This document shows, piece after piece, positions 12,404-24,409 of a stretch of 64,000 nucleotides of DNA. Each line of letters begins with the position of its first letter. Within the stretch, counting starts at the first letter, position 1. Origin of the DNA: Squalus acanthias (taxonomy: Eukaryota); the NCBI GenBank assembly GCA_030390025.1, contig CM059433.1, positions 6,448,001 to 6,512,000 on the forward strand, in the 5' to 3' direction. The notes beneath the pieces were generated by a model. That model was not told the origin of the DNA. It saw only the letters and a list, made by a program, of their open reading frames with translations, and did not search any database. Both the position numbers and the translations under genes were made by a program.

Positions 12404-12722
12404 TGGCAACACGGTGGCATAGTGGTTAACACTGTTACCTCACAGCGCCAGGGACCCGGGTTCGAATCCAGCCTCGGGTGACTGTCTGTGTGGAGTTTGC
12501 ACATTCTCCCCGTGTCTGCGTGGGTTTCCTCCGGGTGCTCCGGTTTCCTCCCACAGTCCAAAGATGTGCGGGTTAGGTTGATTTGGCTATGATAAATTGA
12601 CCCTTAGTGTTAGGGGGATTAAATACGTGGGGTTACGGGGATAGGGTGGGATATGTGTCGGTGCAGGCTCGATGGGCCGAAATGGCCTCTATCTGCATTG
12701 TGGGGATTCTGTGATTCTGTGA
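12404..12722 (+). mobile_element. HE1-type V-SINE
   Basis: tRNA head (tggcatagtgg, ggttcgaatcc), V-domain tgtgtggagtttgcacattctccccgtgtctgcgtgggtttcctccgggtgctccggtttcctccca, CR1-like tail. Confidence 0.9.
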
Positions 12723-12819
12723 TCAAATGAAACAATCACACTGCAACATGGATCACCTCAATATACATACATACACGGTATGCTACACAACTGTAAAGTG
12801 CAGCAAATTAAGGCTCAAT

Positions 12820-12970
12820 GCGGTAGGTTTTGACTGCGCGCTAGCGTAAAACGGGCCGTAGTGAACCAGCAGCCTGTTTTACATCTCTTCCCGATTTTCG
12901 ATTTCCATTGACTGCGCTGCCAATCGCTCTCACTTGTTTTACACCATCGCACAAAGTCAAAATCTACCCC
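12820..12970. mobile_element. Short MITE (about 150 bp)
   Basis: TIRs gcggtaggttttgact / agtcaaaatctacccc. Internal GTAAAAC/GTTTTAC motifs. Confidence 0.65.
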
Positions 12971-13512
12971 ATTGTCACTGCAGGTCAAATCATGTGTTGC
13001 AAAAAATACTTCAGTTCACATTAAGAGGTTGATTGCTGAGGCATTCTGTCCCCCGCTGCCCACCACGTTACCCTGCACTAACACACAAAACCTGCAGGTA
13101 TCTTTGTAATAACAATTTTCACCTCCGTCATGTGTTTATGTTGAGTGTTGTTTATGTTGAGCATCAATTTTCTTCTTCCTCATTGGTTAATTAGATAAGT
13201 CTGAGTTTTTTCTCCTTTCTGATTGGTAATTAACAAAAATAAAAATCATATTAATTAAGTGTAACAGTTAAAATTCAGGCACTGTTCTTGCCTCTAATCC
13301 TCACCATAATATTAAAAAAACACAAAGATTTTCAAAGTGAACACTAAAGCCGTGAAAATATATTCATGCTGTCAGGTAAATTCAGTGCTCTCATGCTTCC
13401 AGTATTGAGCTGCCAACCGCTCTAATTTCCCGACTCACGCTCCCTTCAATTGGAGCTCAGTGCTAGGAGCCCGGCATCACAGATATTCCTTATATTCCAA
13501 AGCACAGACATT

Positions 13513-14209
13513 GGGCTGGATTTTGATACTGGGGCGGGTTGGGGTCGTGTTATCCACCCGACTGCAATTGGATGTGGGAGATTGATGCAATTTTCACCTA
13601 ATTGGTCAATTGAGTTCCAGCATGTGGGAACCCATGACCCAATTAGTGTTTTCAGTCTGAATGTCGCCTCTGATGATGTCATCATTGCTGCTGCATTGAA
13701 GGTCTTCAAAGACTGCCTGGCCTTTGCTGTGAGAGGACCTGCAAAATGAGCAGCAGCAGCCCTAGGTCTGCTCCCAGATATTTTTACACCACCACTCCCA
13801 GATATGTCTCCTCTCCATCCATATATACATCCATCCACATAGCCATCCATATATGCATCCCCATAGCCAGCCAGCCCGCCAGCCAGCCCGCCAGCCCGCC
13901 AGCCCAAATGTGCTCCCGCCAGGTTTCACAATCGTGGTTCAGAACAGGCGTGCTTCACGTAGAACAAGGGTTAAAATCACAAAGGCCTTTCAAAATGGCA
14001 TTATAGAGGCAATTTAGTGCTTGTTAAGGGCCTTAACAGCCTATCCCGCCTCTTAGAGGTGGGACGGAGTCGGGACCAGCAGAAACGATTTAATGAAAAT
14101 TGCGTGGAGGCGGGATGGAGGCGGACTTGTGCCCACCCGCCAGGTTTCACAATTTTAACCCCCCACATGCCTCCAAACCCGCCTCCACGGTTCAATGAAA
14201 ATCCAGCCC
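13513..14209. mobile_element. Harbinger-like MITE
   Basis: TIRs gggctggatttt / aaaatccagccc. 3-bp flanks att/atg. Confidence 0.8.
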
Positions 14210-14424
14210 ATGGTCTGTACAAGCAAGAGGCATTAGCCTGAGCTGGCCCAAGCTGCAGTGCTTCCTCCTAATTTGAATAGGCTACATGAAAAGCTTGCCC
14301 AAGTGCCTAGCTTGTACTTCACTTGTCTATGGGGGGGGGGGCTTAAAATCCGTCGAGGCAGCAGCTCTTACAGGTTGGAGTTTACCATGAAAGAGGAAGT
14401 TGTGGTGATGGCAGGAAAATGGAC

Positions 14425-14640
14425 TGCTTGTTCACAAGGTCACAGCGAGCGCACGTGGGTGACACTGCTCCCTTTGATTCTGAAGAGTCAGGGTCCTGTG
14501 GCAGAAGGTGCACCAACGGAGGGTGGTCCTATTTGGGACCGAAGGCCACCCTTCAGTAAAAGCAGAGGCGCACGCTGCATGGAGGGAGAATGCTGACCAC
14601 GTCAATGCAGCCGTCCAGGTCACTCATACTGGCTGCAAAT
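14425..14640 (+). pseudogene. Relic of a Harbinger Myb/SANT-like exon
   Basis: RRVVLFGTEG..AAWRENADHVNA resembles RREVL..AWLEIAEEVSS in the exon at 26570-26806. Confidence 0.5.
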
Positions 14641-14729
14641 TAATACGTTTAATACAATCAGGGATCAAGGGGTATGGGGAGAGAGCGGGAATATGGTATT
14701 GAGATAGAGGATCAGCCATGATCATATTG

Positions 14730-15102
14730 TATTCATATCATATAAAAAAGTTTAAAGTTTTTGGTTTTTCATACAGACTCCAGCATCTGCCACATTTGAC
14801 CCCTTGTGACCCCACCTCATTGTCTTTGTTGTATTTTGCCATCGTCTTTGATGTAATGTTTTCCTGACTGACCTGGTTGGACACCATCCACACCTTTGAT
14901 TGCTGTGATTGTCTCTCTGCCGAGGTGTGATAAAGGGCAGTTGGAAAGATTAACTGTAGTCATCTGGCAGTGTTCTCTGACTATATATGCTGTGCCCATA
15001 TGCATCTCTTCACTTCACCTGACGAAGGAGCAGCGCTCCGAAAGCTTGTGATTTCAAATAAAGCTGTTGGACTATAACCTGGTGTTGTGCGACTTCTCAC
15101 TT
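14730..15102 (+). mobile_element. Penelope-like element family B, 3' terminus
   Basis: Hammerhead motif plus aataaa..ctgttggactataacctggtgttgtgcgacttctca, shared by 6 copies. 12-bp TSD (14718-14729, 15103-15114). The PLE call is inferred from terminus architecture because no family-B RT is in the window. Confidence 0.75.
15015..15051 (+). ncRNA. Minimal hammerhead ribozyme motif (PLE family B)
   Basis: tcac-CTGACGA-a-ggagc(agc)gctcc-GAAA-gctt-gtga. Confidence 0.75.
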
Positions 15103-15464
15103 ATGATCATATTGAATGGCGGAGCAGGCTCGAAGGGCCGAATGGCCGACAACTGCTCCTATTTTTCTATGTTTCGATGAATGAGGAGGAAGGCAAAGGT
15201 AGGTGTGCTCCTTCAATTGGCTTACATTTCGAGTGGGGCTCATCAGGCTTGGCACAAACCCAAGCACCCTCCGGCAGGTCCCATTTCAAACATTGTGGAC
15301 AATTGCTGCTCTTGTGTTTATTGTTCCACGGTTGGATGGCAGGTGGAGGTGGTCGCCGACGAACATCAAACACATAACCAGGCTACTAACCCAAAGTGCT
15401 CCTTTGCTGTTGGGGGATATCTCAGTGGGGCCAGCAGCCTGGATGTAGAGCTCAGAGCTTTATT

Positions 15465-16322
15465 TAAAATTCATTCACGGGATGTGGGCATCACTGGCAA
15501 GGCCAGCATTTATTGCCCATCCCTAGTTGCCCTCGAGAAGGTGGTGGTGAGCCGCCTTCTTGAACCGCTGCAGTCCGTGTGGTAAAGGTGCTCCCACAGT
15601 GCTGTTAGGGAAGGAGTTCCAGGATTTTGACCCAGCGACAATGAAGGATCAGCCGATATATTTCCAAGTCAGGATGGTGTGTGACTTGGAGGGGAACTTG
15701 GAGGTGGTGGTGTTTCCCTGCGCCTGCTGCCTTTGTCCTTCTAGGTGGAAGAGGTCGCAGTTTTGGGAGGTGCTGCCAAAGAAGCCTTGGCGAGTTGCTG
15801 CAGTGCATTTTGTAGATGGTACACACTGCAGCCACGGTACGCCGGTGGTGGAGGGAGTGAATGTTTAAGGTGGTGGATGGGGTGTCGATCAAGCGGGCTG
15901 TTTTGTCCTGGATGGTGTCGAGCTTCTTGAGTGTTGGAGCTGCACTCATCCAGTCAAGTGGAGAGTATTCCATCACACTCCTGACTTGTGCCTTGTAGAT
16001 GGTGGAAAGGCTTTGGGGAGTCAGGAGATGAGTCACTCGCCGCAGAATACCCAGCCTCTGACCTGCTCTTGCAGCCACAGTATTTATGTGGCCGGTCCAG
16101 TTAAGTTTCTGATCAATGGTGATCCCCGGGATGTTGATGGTGGGGGATTTGATGATGGTAATGGCATTGAATGTCGAGGGGAGGTGGCTAGACTCTCTTG
16201 TTGGAGATGATCCTTGCCTGGCACTTGTGTGGCACAAATGTTACCTGCCACTTATCAGCCCAAGCCTGGATGTAGTCCAGGCCTTGCTGCATGCGGGCAC
16301 AGACGGCTTCATTATCTGAGGA
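15465..16322 (-). mobile_element. Second CR1/L2-group LINE family, 3' part
   Basis: WADKWQVTF..GITIDQKLNW..YKAQVRSVMEYSPL..HHRRTVAAVCTIYK. Confidence 0.88.
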
Positions 16323-16729
16323 TGGCCTCCCCATAGCCATCCCCCTCCCCCTTCCCAGTTTCTTTCCCCCTTCATGCAATCCAGTCTTCGTTAACTGACA
16401 GATAATGCAGGCATCATAGCTGCTTCCTGGAAAAAGGTCATTGATATGCATAATAATGTTTCTGTGGTCAGATACCAACTGAGCATTAACTATGTGCAAA
16501 CCCTTGTTGTTCATGAAGACCATGGGGTTGATAAGAGCCCTGATGCCCAAAGTCACCATGGGGAACTCCAGAGGGTGGGAAAATGATGGGGATGAGGCAG
16601 AATGCATCCCCACCCAATTTTCTGCCCTCATCCACCCCAGTTCTACCCAGAATTCGACAGGCGGGGGACAGAAAGATTTGGGCTTTGGTATGCCCACTAC
16701 ACACAATTTTCTGTGGTAAGTTGATACAT

Positions 16730-18012
16730 AGCTGGGTGGGAATGTAAGCTGTGAGGAGGATGCAAGGAGGCTTCAAGGGGATATAGACAGGCTAAGTGAG
16801 TGGGCAAGGACATGGCAAATGGAATATAATGTGGAGAAATGTGAAGTTATCCACTTTAGTAGGAAAAATAGAAAAGCAGAATATTTTTTAAATGGTGAGA
16901 GATTGGGAATTCTTGGTGTTCAGAGGGACCTGGGTGTCTTTGTACACGAATCACTGAAAGTTAACATGCAGGTACAGCAAGCAATTAAGAAAGCAAATGA
17001 TATGTTGGCCTTTATTACAAGAGGATTTGAGTATAAGAATAAAGATGTCTTACTGCAATTATATAGGGCTCTGGTGAGACCACACCTGGAGTACTGTGTA
17101 CAGTTTTGGTCTCCTTACCTAAGGAAGGATATACTTGCCCTAGAGGGAGTGCAACGAAGGTTCACCAGACTGATTCCTGGGATGGGATGAGGACAGATTG
17201 AGTAGACTAGGCCTATATTCTCTGGAGTTTAGAAGAATGAGAGGTGATCTCATTGAAACGTACAAAAAATTCTTACAGGGCTTGGCAGGGTAGATGCAGG
17301 GAGGATGTTTCCCCTGGCTGGGGAGTCTAGAACCAGGGGTCACAGTCTCAGAATAAGAGGTCGGCCATTTAGGACTGAGATGAGGAGAAATTTCTTCACT
17401 CAGATGGTGTTGAATCTTTGGAATTCTCTACCCCAGAGGGCTGTGGAGGCTCAGTCGTTGAGTATATTCAAGATGCGGAGATGCCGGTGTTGGACTGGGG
17501 TGGACAAAAATGAGAAGTCGCACAACACCAGGTTATAGTCCAACAGTTTTATTTAAAATTACGAGCTTTCGGAGCTGCTGCCCCTTTGTCAGGTACAGGT
17601 ACAGTGAGGGAATCTATTACACAGTATATATACACAGAAAGCAATTTGTCTGCAGAGATACAATCTGTTAGGGAGGCATTACATCAAAGACACATCAAAG
17701 TACAGCTAAGACAATGAGGTGGGTCACAGGGGGTCCAACGTGTCAAATGTTGCCGTCTGTAGTTGAGCTTTTAACATATTTTTTTTGTGGTTTTTTTTCT
17801 CTTTTTTTCCTTTTCCTTTTTTCCTTTTTTCATATTCAAGTATATTCAAGACAGAGATCGACAAATTTTTGGGTATTAAGGGAATCAAGGGATATGGGGA
17901 TAGTGCAGGAAAGTGGATTTGAGGTAGAAGATCAGCCACGATCTTATTGAATGGCGGAGCAGGCTCGAGGGGCCGAATGGCCCACTCCTGCTCCTATTTC
18001 TTATGTTCTTAT
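16730..18012 (+). mobile_element. CR1 LINE 3' portion with nested PLE
   Basis: [32 protein letters not shown]. 3' UTR ends near 18010. Confidence 0.93.
17474..17838 (-). mobile_element. PLE family B terminus inserted in CR1
   Basis: Family B terminus with a mutated hammerhead core (CTGACAA). 13-bp TSD agtatattcaaga (17461-17473, 17839-17851). Confidence 0.8.
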
Positions 18013-18214
18013 ACCTTTATTGAGTGGCCTCCCAGGCAAAAGTACAGATTTGGTACGCTAGTGACTTTATTCCCCAGTATGCCAAAGTGAATCTACATCC
18101 CATTAATCTTAATACTATTTTCAAAATAATAACTATATTTTATTTATTTTGCTATCTATGGAATTTATGCAACAACAGAAAGACAGTCAAGTGATTTTTT
18201 GCCTGGGAGGTTAA

Positions 18215-18312
18215 AGAAAGAAAGAAAGACTTGCATTTATATAGCGCCTTTCACGACCACCGGACGTCTCAAAGCACTTTACAGCCAATGAAGTACTTTT
18301 GAAGTGTAGTCA
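18215..18312 (-). mobile_element. DeuSINE 3' tail fragment
   Basis: Matches 10520-10605. Confidence 0.8.
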
Positions 18313-18754
18313 CTTTAAGGTTCACTGGTTGGGCCGCACAGAAACTGGAACAACTGATTGGAGCGTGCGGGGCGTAAGCTCCGCCCATTTACTGACCAAT
18401 TTCAGTCAAGTTCCTACAATTAGTGTTAGGACCCCATATTTGCATCTGCAAGGCGTCTCACGCCAGTCTCAGGCCCTGCAGGCTCGAGGGGCCAAATGGC
18501 CCACTCCTGCTCCTATTTCTTATGTTCTTAAGTTCATTAGCATTATTATTCATAACTCCATGTGAAGCTTTCACCTTGTGCAGAGAGCTGGTCTAATGGG
18601 GCTGGAAAAATTGCATTTCAGCTGAACCTGAATTTTCTGAATGGTGTCAGTTTAACATTGGTGTTAATCTGCTTAAAATGAATGAGCGAAGGACCGCTTT
18701 AAAATAATGGCAATAGGAAATTCTATGCTGTGGACACTGAAAGGTTATGGCAGA

Positions 18755-18902
18755 ATAGAAACATTGAAAAATAGGAGCAGGAGTAGGCCATTCGGCCCTT
18801 CGAGCCTGCTCCTCCATTCAATATGATCATGGCTGATCCTTCATCTCAATACCATATTCCTGCTCTCTCTCCCCATACCCCTTGATGCCTTTTGTGTCTA
18901 GA
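18755..18902 (-). mobile_element. CR1 3' tail
   Basis: Reverse complement of the CR1 3' UTR seen at 33505-33650. Confidence 0.85.
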
Positions 18903-19355
18903 ATGAGGAGGGCAAAATTTCTTACAGGCTTTGCAAAGATTCAAAAGGCATTTCAACAACCTGTTGGCAGCCAGGCCTTGTGTGCCATTCCAGGTTAGCC
19001 TGGCTGGAGGGAGGTGGAAGCAGAGTTGAGCGCCACAGCTGACCATTACTGCGACGGGTGCATCCCTGTGGTGCATGTTAGCTGTGTGTATTCTTGCAGC
19101 AGATGGCGCAGCTCTGTGTCTGGCTCTCTGCGGACCTGGAGCCGTGAAGCCAGGCAGGTGTGCCAGGATATAAACATATGGTTGTTGGCATCTTGGCAGG
19201 TGTGACCAACCAAGCTTTGCTGGCTGTTGATTACCCTGGCATGCCTTCTTTCCTACAGTCCCACTTAGTTTTAAGCAGCAATTAAAGAGCCATCCATCAG
19301 TCCATGCATATCTGAGTGTCCATTTGTAGTGAGCCGATAGGTCTGCAGGAACTAT

Positions 19356-20660
19356 GGGCTAGAAATTCGTTATAGCCTAGGAATGGGCGGTGTTTAGACT
19401 AAAAATGGTTAAGTAGCGTCAGTTGAAAATCATCTAGACGGCGCACAAAATTCATCCTCATTCCTCATCAAAATGATTGCAGTCATGATTCTAATCTAAA
19501 AATCCATGCTCATTGGCATTACACTGAAAAGATGGACCAATATCGGGTGCAGTCTAAACGCAAATAATGATTGCCACCAGCTTTTTTCACTGCTTAAAGG
19601 GGAGGTCCATTGATGCTGCAGCACCTCATTCTCAGCATTGTTGGATGTACAGTTGCCTCAATAACCATAAGAAGAAGGACAAAGAGAAGGAGCACTTATT
19701 TACAAATCCTGATGGCAGATCGTCACCCCAGGGAGAGAGCCCGGGGGATTTCCGAGGAAGCATTGGAGGCGTTGGTTTTAGCGGTGGAGAGAAGGCAGGC
19801 GGTCCTGTACCAACAGGCAGGAGGCCCTCGCCACAAGTCTGCCGGACTCTGTGGAGGGAGGTGGCACACCACCTCATGGTTCCCAGGTCCCACACCCAGT
19901 GCAGGAGGAAGTTTAACGAGCTCACATGGGTGGTCAGGGTGAGTGAAGGCTTCAATAAATGCTACATACCACCATCTGTACCACAAACTTCACGCACTGC
20001 TCAATGTACCACACCCCCAGCACTCACCCACCAACAATCTCTACCTAGTAACGCTCACACCCACATCTCACACCTTGCACACAATGACAGCTATTCAACT
20101 ATGGCAGGCACAAGGGTCATTAGTTATTAGAATTCATGTCATTTGTGTGATATGTTTATAAATACATTTATTAATGGTGTTTGGAATATTTTGTGCTCTC
20201 TCTCATTTCACCTTTGCACCCAGGAGGACGCTCTGATACGCCATGAGACAGGGATTGTATGATGGGGACGTAGTGAGCTACGGGGATCTGGAGTTTCATT
20301 CATGTGAATCGGAGTCTAATGAGCCGGTCATGGACAGCCCGTCCAGAAGGCCGATTGTCTCGCTGCCTCCGCTCTCCCTCCTATTCCTCCTCCTCCTCCT
20401 CGTCCTCCTCCTCCTCCTTCTCCTCCTGAGGTGATCCCGCAATCCCGCAGCCCCCATGACTGTGAGGAAGTGTTGTGAGCAGAAGCCTTTAACAAATAAT
20501 GAGTGACTTCTGCACTTGAATGAACACTCCCTGACACCAAAAAAACTTGAAATAACTAAGAGAGCTGTTTCAGTTGCAGGAAGTAGCAAACAGGCACTGA
20601 AACTGCAAAACCCTGTCAGGCACAGCTGATTGGGGATGGTACTTTTAAACATCGCTGCTG
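19356..20660. mobile_element. Internally deleted Harbinger element with a Myb-like exon (+) and a probable transposase 5' relic (-)
   Basis: Terminus gggctagaaattcg. RERARGISEEALEALVLAVERRQAVLY..LWREVA..RSHTQCRRKFNEL (frameshifted) ends at a GTGAGT donor at 19939. Arg-rich minus-strand start near 20457. Confidence 0.7.
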
Positions 20661-20714
20661 TAGCCTGCTTCCTGCTGGTAGACGCCAGCTCTCCCTGTCG
20701 TTGTTCTGCGCTGC

Positions 20715-21535
20715 TGTTATCGCCTCCGGCTGCAAACTTGACTTTTATCGCCACTGGAGGTGATTGGAGCACTAAATCAGGCGCTACACATCTGTCTTAA
20801 GGCGCAAAGGCCGAGGAGCGAGGCGCTAACTCAGTGCGCTGGCGAAGCTCATGTGATGTCAGTCAGCAATGGAAGACAGACACAATGGCGCCAGCCAGTT
20901 CTTAAAGGGGAGGGTTGATCTTGCTTTCCATCCACATCCTGCTCATTACAGCCTTGAATCTCGGCCTGGAGAGACCTGTACATCAAATCTGCTGGATAGA
21001 ACAATGGAGAGAACCAGGGAAAGAGCTCAGAGTGCAGCCCCCACAGTCTCTTCTAAATCGATACAAGGAAGGGCAAATCAAAATGAACCTGCAAAGTGCT
21101 GCTCAGTACCCAAAACTCCTTCACACAGCGTTGAATCTCTCCAGAAGTCTCTCTCTCTCTCTCTCAGAATGCATGGTTCAAAAATGTCACCAACAAAAAA
21201 AGGCAGGAAGCGGTCGCCTTTAAATAGCACTCCCCCAGTCCCTTCCTGACTGCAAAACGCTCCCCTCAACCTGTCATTGCTAGCGGCAGGCGGTAAGGCA
21301 GGGGGCGCCACTCAATATCCGCTCCGGGGCGCTACCGGGGCGTTGCGCACTCGACTGACGTCACGATCTGCCGGCGCAGGAGATTGTGGCGGTACTGTTT
21401 AGCGCTGCCGCAAAATGTCCAGTTAATTTCGCGAGCGGCGCAAACATCGGCGCGCCCGGGCGCTAGTTGCTTTGCGCCCCATTAGCGCTCTCTTAAGGCG
21501 CTAACGGGAGGTGCAACCAACTGAATTTTTCCCCC
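20715..21535 (+). mobile_element. Harbinger-like MITE family M (left end truncated)
   Basis: Colinear with 41205-42075. Right TIR gaatttttccccc. Confidence 0.88.
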
Positions 21536-21624
21536 AATATGTAAAAGGAACAGTTAACTAGAAAACACAAAAAGTGAAAATGTCAAAAAGTTTAAAGTGA
21601 ATGAATGCAGAGTCAAAACATATC

Positions 21625-22260
21625 GGGCTGAATTTGACCCTGCCCGCCCATTGGAAACCGGGCGGGCAGTTAGAATCGGCCATGGGACGTACCAGTTGAG
21701 GTCCTGCTGTCTTCCCCTGGGTTCTGATTTTAACCTGCTCTTCTGAGCATGCGAGAGGGACACCCAAACAGAAGCCAGCAGGGTCCTTCCTTAAATATGC
21801 AGATTGGGCTCCGATTACGTCATCCGTGGCCCGACTGCAGTTCTAACCGGAGACCGGCATTGGGCAGCCGGTGTGGCTTCCCCACCAGGCCAGCCTGGTG
21901 CCAAGAGAAGCCAGTGCCAGAAGAGGCCCAGACAATTTCTCTTCTTTTAAAAACTCTCCTTGTGGAGCCCCGGCCTTGCCTCTCCCTCTCGGCGCTGGCA
22001 TCAACGGCCAAAGCCCTTGCCCGGCGGGCGCTAACTTTATGCCGCGGACCGTTCCCTTGGGTCCCCCTCGGCCTCCTAAAGCTCCCGATCCAATTTCCGC
22101 TCCCGCCCGCCCGCCCGCCGGCTGGCCCTGACATCAGTCCTGCCAGCTTCGGGAGAGAGACGGTTCTGGATTATTTAAGTGAGGCCCGGGAGTTATAATG
22201 GCCCTGGCCTCAGGCTGGGATCCCGATGTGAGTTTCCCTCCCACCGCCCCTGTTAAAATC
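21625..22260. mobile_element. GC-rich Harbinger-like MITE
   Basis: Starts gggctgaattt and ends gttaaaatc. Sub-terminal cccgccc motifs resemble the other MITEs. Confidence 0.55.
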
Positions 22261-22929
22261 AAGGAGGAGGCAGCAAGTTGGAGGGAAGGATGAGAGGGAG
22301 TGGTGGAGAATGTGATTGGCGGAAGGGAAAGGAGAAGGGGGGCGCTATGGATGGCAAATGCGGTTGGGGGGGGGGTTAGTTTAAAAGAAGAAAAAAGTGG
22401 GGTAGAGGTAGCATGTGAGAAAGTGCAGCCAGTGGGGGTGGCAGGGGGGAGGTTGGGAGGAAGGGTTTGCCAGCAGAGGTTGGTTTAGAACAGGAAAAGC
22501 AGCTAGCGGGGGAGGGCGTTTGCCGGCCACGAACTTGTTCAATGGAGGATGGGGGTCGAGGGCTGAAAACTCGTTCAGTTGGGAGGAGTGGGATGAGGGC
22601 CAAATCTTGTGGAAAATGGGGAAGGGGGTGGGGTTAGAGGCGAAATCTTGCTCAGTAGGATATTGTATATTTTTATACACATTTATTATGAAATATTCCG
22701 GATTGTTAGCTTTTCAGTCTTTTGGTTTCATTAGGAAGAGCTGCACGCCTGTGAACTGTTCTTTATAAAAATGTTGTACTTTAGTTAACTATTCCGTTCT
22801 CCATCCCCAACTAAATCGTGCTCCCAAGTCACGCCGGACTTTTTCTGTGTCCTACACATTTTATCCTTGATGAATTTTTGATTTTTTTTGTATATTTTCT
22901 TATATACAAAGTCAGAACACCCCAGCTTT

Positions 22930-23545
22930 TTTTTAATCGTTTATGGGATGTGGGCGTCGCTGGCAAGGCCAGCATTTATTGCCCATCCCTAGTTGCCCTT
23001 GAGAAAGTAGTGGTGAGCCGCCTTCTTGAACCGCTGCAGTCCGTGTGGTGATGGTACTCCCACAGTGCTGTTAGGGAGGGAGTTCCAGGATTTTGACCCA
23101 GCGACGATGAAGGATCGGCCGATATACTTCCAAGTCAGGATAGTGTGTGACTTGGAGGGGAACTTGGAGGTGGTGGTGTTCCCATGCGCCTGCTGCCTTT
23201 GTCCTTCTAGGTGGAAGAGGTCGCAGGTTTGGGAGGTGCTGCCGAAGAAGCCTTGGCGAGTTGTTGCAGTGCATCTTGTAGATGGTACACACTGCAGCCA
23301 GTGCGCCGGTGATGGAGGGAGTGAATGTTTAAGGTGGTGGATGGGGTGCCAATCAAGCAGGCTGCTTTGTCCTGGATGGTGTCAAGCTTCTTGAGTGTTG
23401 TTGGAGCTTCACTCATCCAGGCAAGTGGAGAGTATTCCATCACACTCCTTACTTGTGCCTTGTAAATGGTAGAAAGGCTTTGGGGAGTCAGGAGGTGAGA
23501 CACTTGCCGCAGAATACCTAGCCTCTGACCTGCTCTTGTTGCTAT
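22930..23545 (-). mobile_element. Second CR1/L2-group LINE family, 3' part
   Basis: YKAQVRSVMEYSPLAW..LDTIQDKAACLIG. Colinear with 15465-16080. Confidence 0.88.
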
Positions 23546-24352
23546 AGAAACAAGGAAGATCTTAAGACATCTAAATTGGTTAGTATAGAACAATTGGAGC
23601 TTATGATATTTCCCTTATTTTTGTTTCTCTGTTTCGCACTCTTTTGCTCTGTGATTTTGCTTTTCTCTTTATGTGTCTCAGTCTCATTTCTTTCTACCTT
23701 GCTCGCTCAAACAAACCTAATTATACTAATGCATTTGAAGTATTTTGGGACACTTAACATTACATTACGCTACAGTGCAAGGCAATAAACATGAATCGCA
23801 AAATTTTAATCGCATTTACCATCATTACGGCATCGTCATATTATTAATCTTTGTTTTTTTTTACCTTATCATCACGGAATATCGCATTAGTTAGGGTATT
23901 GTAAAAGGAAACCCACAAGCATAAAACAATGTGGAGTTATGTAATCACTTTAATTGCTTCCTGCCTCTTCCCTTTCTCTCCAAACTCTGTTGCACTTCTC
24001 AACAAATTTTAGCCACTTTAATAGTCAGATGAAAAACTAGTTTGCTGGGCTCGACCCATTTTCAGATGTGCCCCAGGGTTCGAATGAAATATGGAATTAC
24101 TGTAGCTGTGTGAATATTTTGAATATAGTATGAAGCAAGTTATTTGACAGGTTACACAGATCATTAGTGAGGCCACATTTGATGTATTAGAGGGGAGGCT
24201 CAAAAGTGTTTCCGAGGTTTAGCTTGCTAAGTTATGAAGAGAAACCTCCTTGTTGTGTAGCCTAGGTTAGCACACTATCCTTTCATCCGTGGGGCCTTAG
24301 TTTAAATCTAGTCCAGACTGCTGTAGTGAAAGCCTCCTCTCTCTGCTAGACT

Positions 24353-24390
24353 TCACCTGACGAAGGAGCAGCAGCTCCGAAAGCTTGTGA
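24353..24390 (+). ncRNA. Minimal hammerhead ribozyme motif (PLE family B)
   Basis: tcac-CTGACGA-a-ggagc(agca)gctcc-GAAA-gctt-gtga. Confidence 0.75.
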
Positions 24391-24409
24391 TTTCAAATAA
24401 AACTGTTGG

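Larger units (their letters stand above)
14658..15180 (+). mobile_element. CR1 3' tail split by a PLE insertion
   Basis: GIKGYGERAGIWY followed by the 3' UTR, which resumes at 15103 after the duplicated atgatcatattg. Confidence 0.85.

Noticed and set aside
12404..12480. tRNA gene
   Set aside because: The A/B-box head continues into a V-domain and LINE tail, so it is a SINE. The same applies at 7020, 10967 and 25569.
22260..22640. G-rich tract as a functional G-quadruplex or coding region
   Set aside because: The purine skew is real, but the G-runs are irregular and nothing else supports a function.
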